From positions 248,001 through 312,000 of the forward strand of contig CATNEN010000027.1 in the NCBI GenBank assembly GCA_950097015.1: a stretch of 64,000 bases of DNA, given 5' to 3'. Below, piece by piece: positions 62,855 to 64,000 of the stretch. Made by a program: the position numbers and the translations under genes. The DNA comes from Macrostomum hystrix. Taxonomy: Eukaryota > Animalia > Platyhelminthes. The notes beneath the pieces were generated by a model. The model did no database searches and was not told the DNA's origin. It saw only the letters and a program-made list of their open reading frames with translations. How positions within the stretch are numbered: position 1 is the first letter of the stretch; each line of letters starts with the position of its first letter.

Positions 62855-64000
62855 ACTCGGCTGGGAGACTGGAGTACCGCGACTGTAAATCCCCAACGGG
62901 GAGTGTTTTAATCATGTTTTTTTCTAGAATTCCCTCAATGCCACACTGGTTCTAGACTCTAGAAGTCCCTAATGCCACTGGTTCTATACTCTTGACGTCC
63001 CTAATGCCACTGGTTCTAGACTCTAGAAGTCCCTAATGCCACTGGTTCTAGACTCTAGAAGTCCTTAATGCCACTGGTTCTAGACTCTAGAAGTCCCCTA
63101 TGCTACTGGTTCTAGACTCTAGAAGTCCCCTATGCTACTGGTTCTAGACTCTATAAGTCCCTAATGCCACTGGTTCTAGACTCTAGAAGTCCCTAATGCC
63201 ACTGGTTCTAGACTCTAGAAGTCCCCTATGCTACTGGTTCTAGACTCTAGAAGTCCCCTATGCTACTGGTTCTAGACTCTAGAAGTCCCCTATGCTACTG
63301 GTTCTAGACTCTAGAAGTCCCTAATGCCACTGGTTCTAGACTCTAGAAGTCCCTAATGCCACTGGTTCTAGACTCTAGAAGTCCCCTATGCTACTGGTTC
63401 TAGACTCTAGAAGTCCCTAATGCCACTGGTTCTAGACTCTAGAAGTCCCCTATGCTACTGGTTCTAGACTCTAGAAGTCCCTAATGCCACTGGTTCTAGA
63501 CTCTAGAAGTCCCCTATGCTACTGGTTCTAGACTCTAGAAGTCCCCAATGCTACTGGTTCTAGACTCTAGAAGTCCCCTATGCTACTGGTTCTAGACTCT
63601 AGAGATAATTAAGTGCATTTTCATAATTTTGCTGCTCTTTTACGCCTTGTTTTGCACGTAACGCATTTTATTTTTCTATTTTTCAGTCTAGCCTGCACTT
63701 TTAACCAGCCATTTGATTACCTTTCGACGTGTACATAACTATTTTCTGTGTCGTTTTGTTTGCACATTAAAAATAAAAAAAGTAAAAATTAAAGAACTAA
63801 TTTTAATGTTCTCGAATTTTAGGACAAACTTTTACCGTTAAAAAGTTATGCCAATTTTATTTGTTTAGGTTTTAACTTGCGAAATAGTTCGTATTTATTC
63901 CACATTTATAAATAAATATTAAAGGCCATCTAACCGATCTCCAAGCTTTAAAGCAATGGACCTGTTTGTTCTTCTATAAATTGCTAATAAGGATTTTGTA

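Larger units (their letters stand above)
38280..63790. repeat. Large inverted repeat: arms ~38280-49514 and 53601-~63790, spacer 49515-53600
   Basis: The right arm is the reverse complement of the left arm module by module. The inner ends match exactly (..cccgttctgataaa at 49514 versus tttatcagaacggg.. at 53601). The last ~160 bp of the window match 27555-27712 in reverse, so the right arm probably continues beyond the window. Confidence 0.93.

Overview
Animal genomic DNA, not prokaryotic: GT-AG introns, GC-rich exons and introns filled with minisatellites. A flatworm such as Macrostomum is an inference from the two-domain small HSP and the repeat-filled introns, not proven. Left part (1-20.8 kb): a 15-16-exon neprilysin/M13-family gene on + (5' end not resolved) that has lost its zinc-binding and catalytic residues, one tRNA-derived CORE-like SINE in an intron, and a single-exon small heat-shock gene with two alpha-crystallin domains on -. 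Right part (20.8-64 kb): an amplicon of ~9-13 kb units, each with a 5-exon TIS11/ZFP36-like tandem CCCH zinc-finger gene plus non-coding modules A-E and private tandem arrays. Two intact gene copies lie in tandem on -, and a third on + lies in the opposite arm of a palindrome with >10 kb arms (38.3-49.5 kb versus 53.6-63.8 kb). The unique 4.1 kb spacer of this palindrome holds a nanos gene with a polyQ N-terminal region. Most long ORFs in the supplied track are translations of tandem repeats. Gene models were built by hand from splice signals, phase matching and remembered family motifs; no database search was possible.
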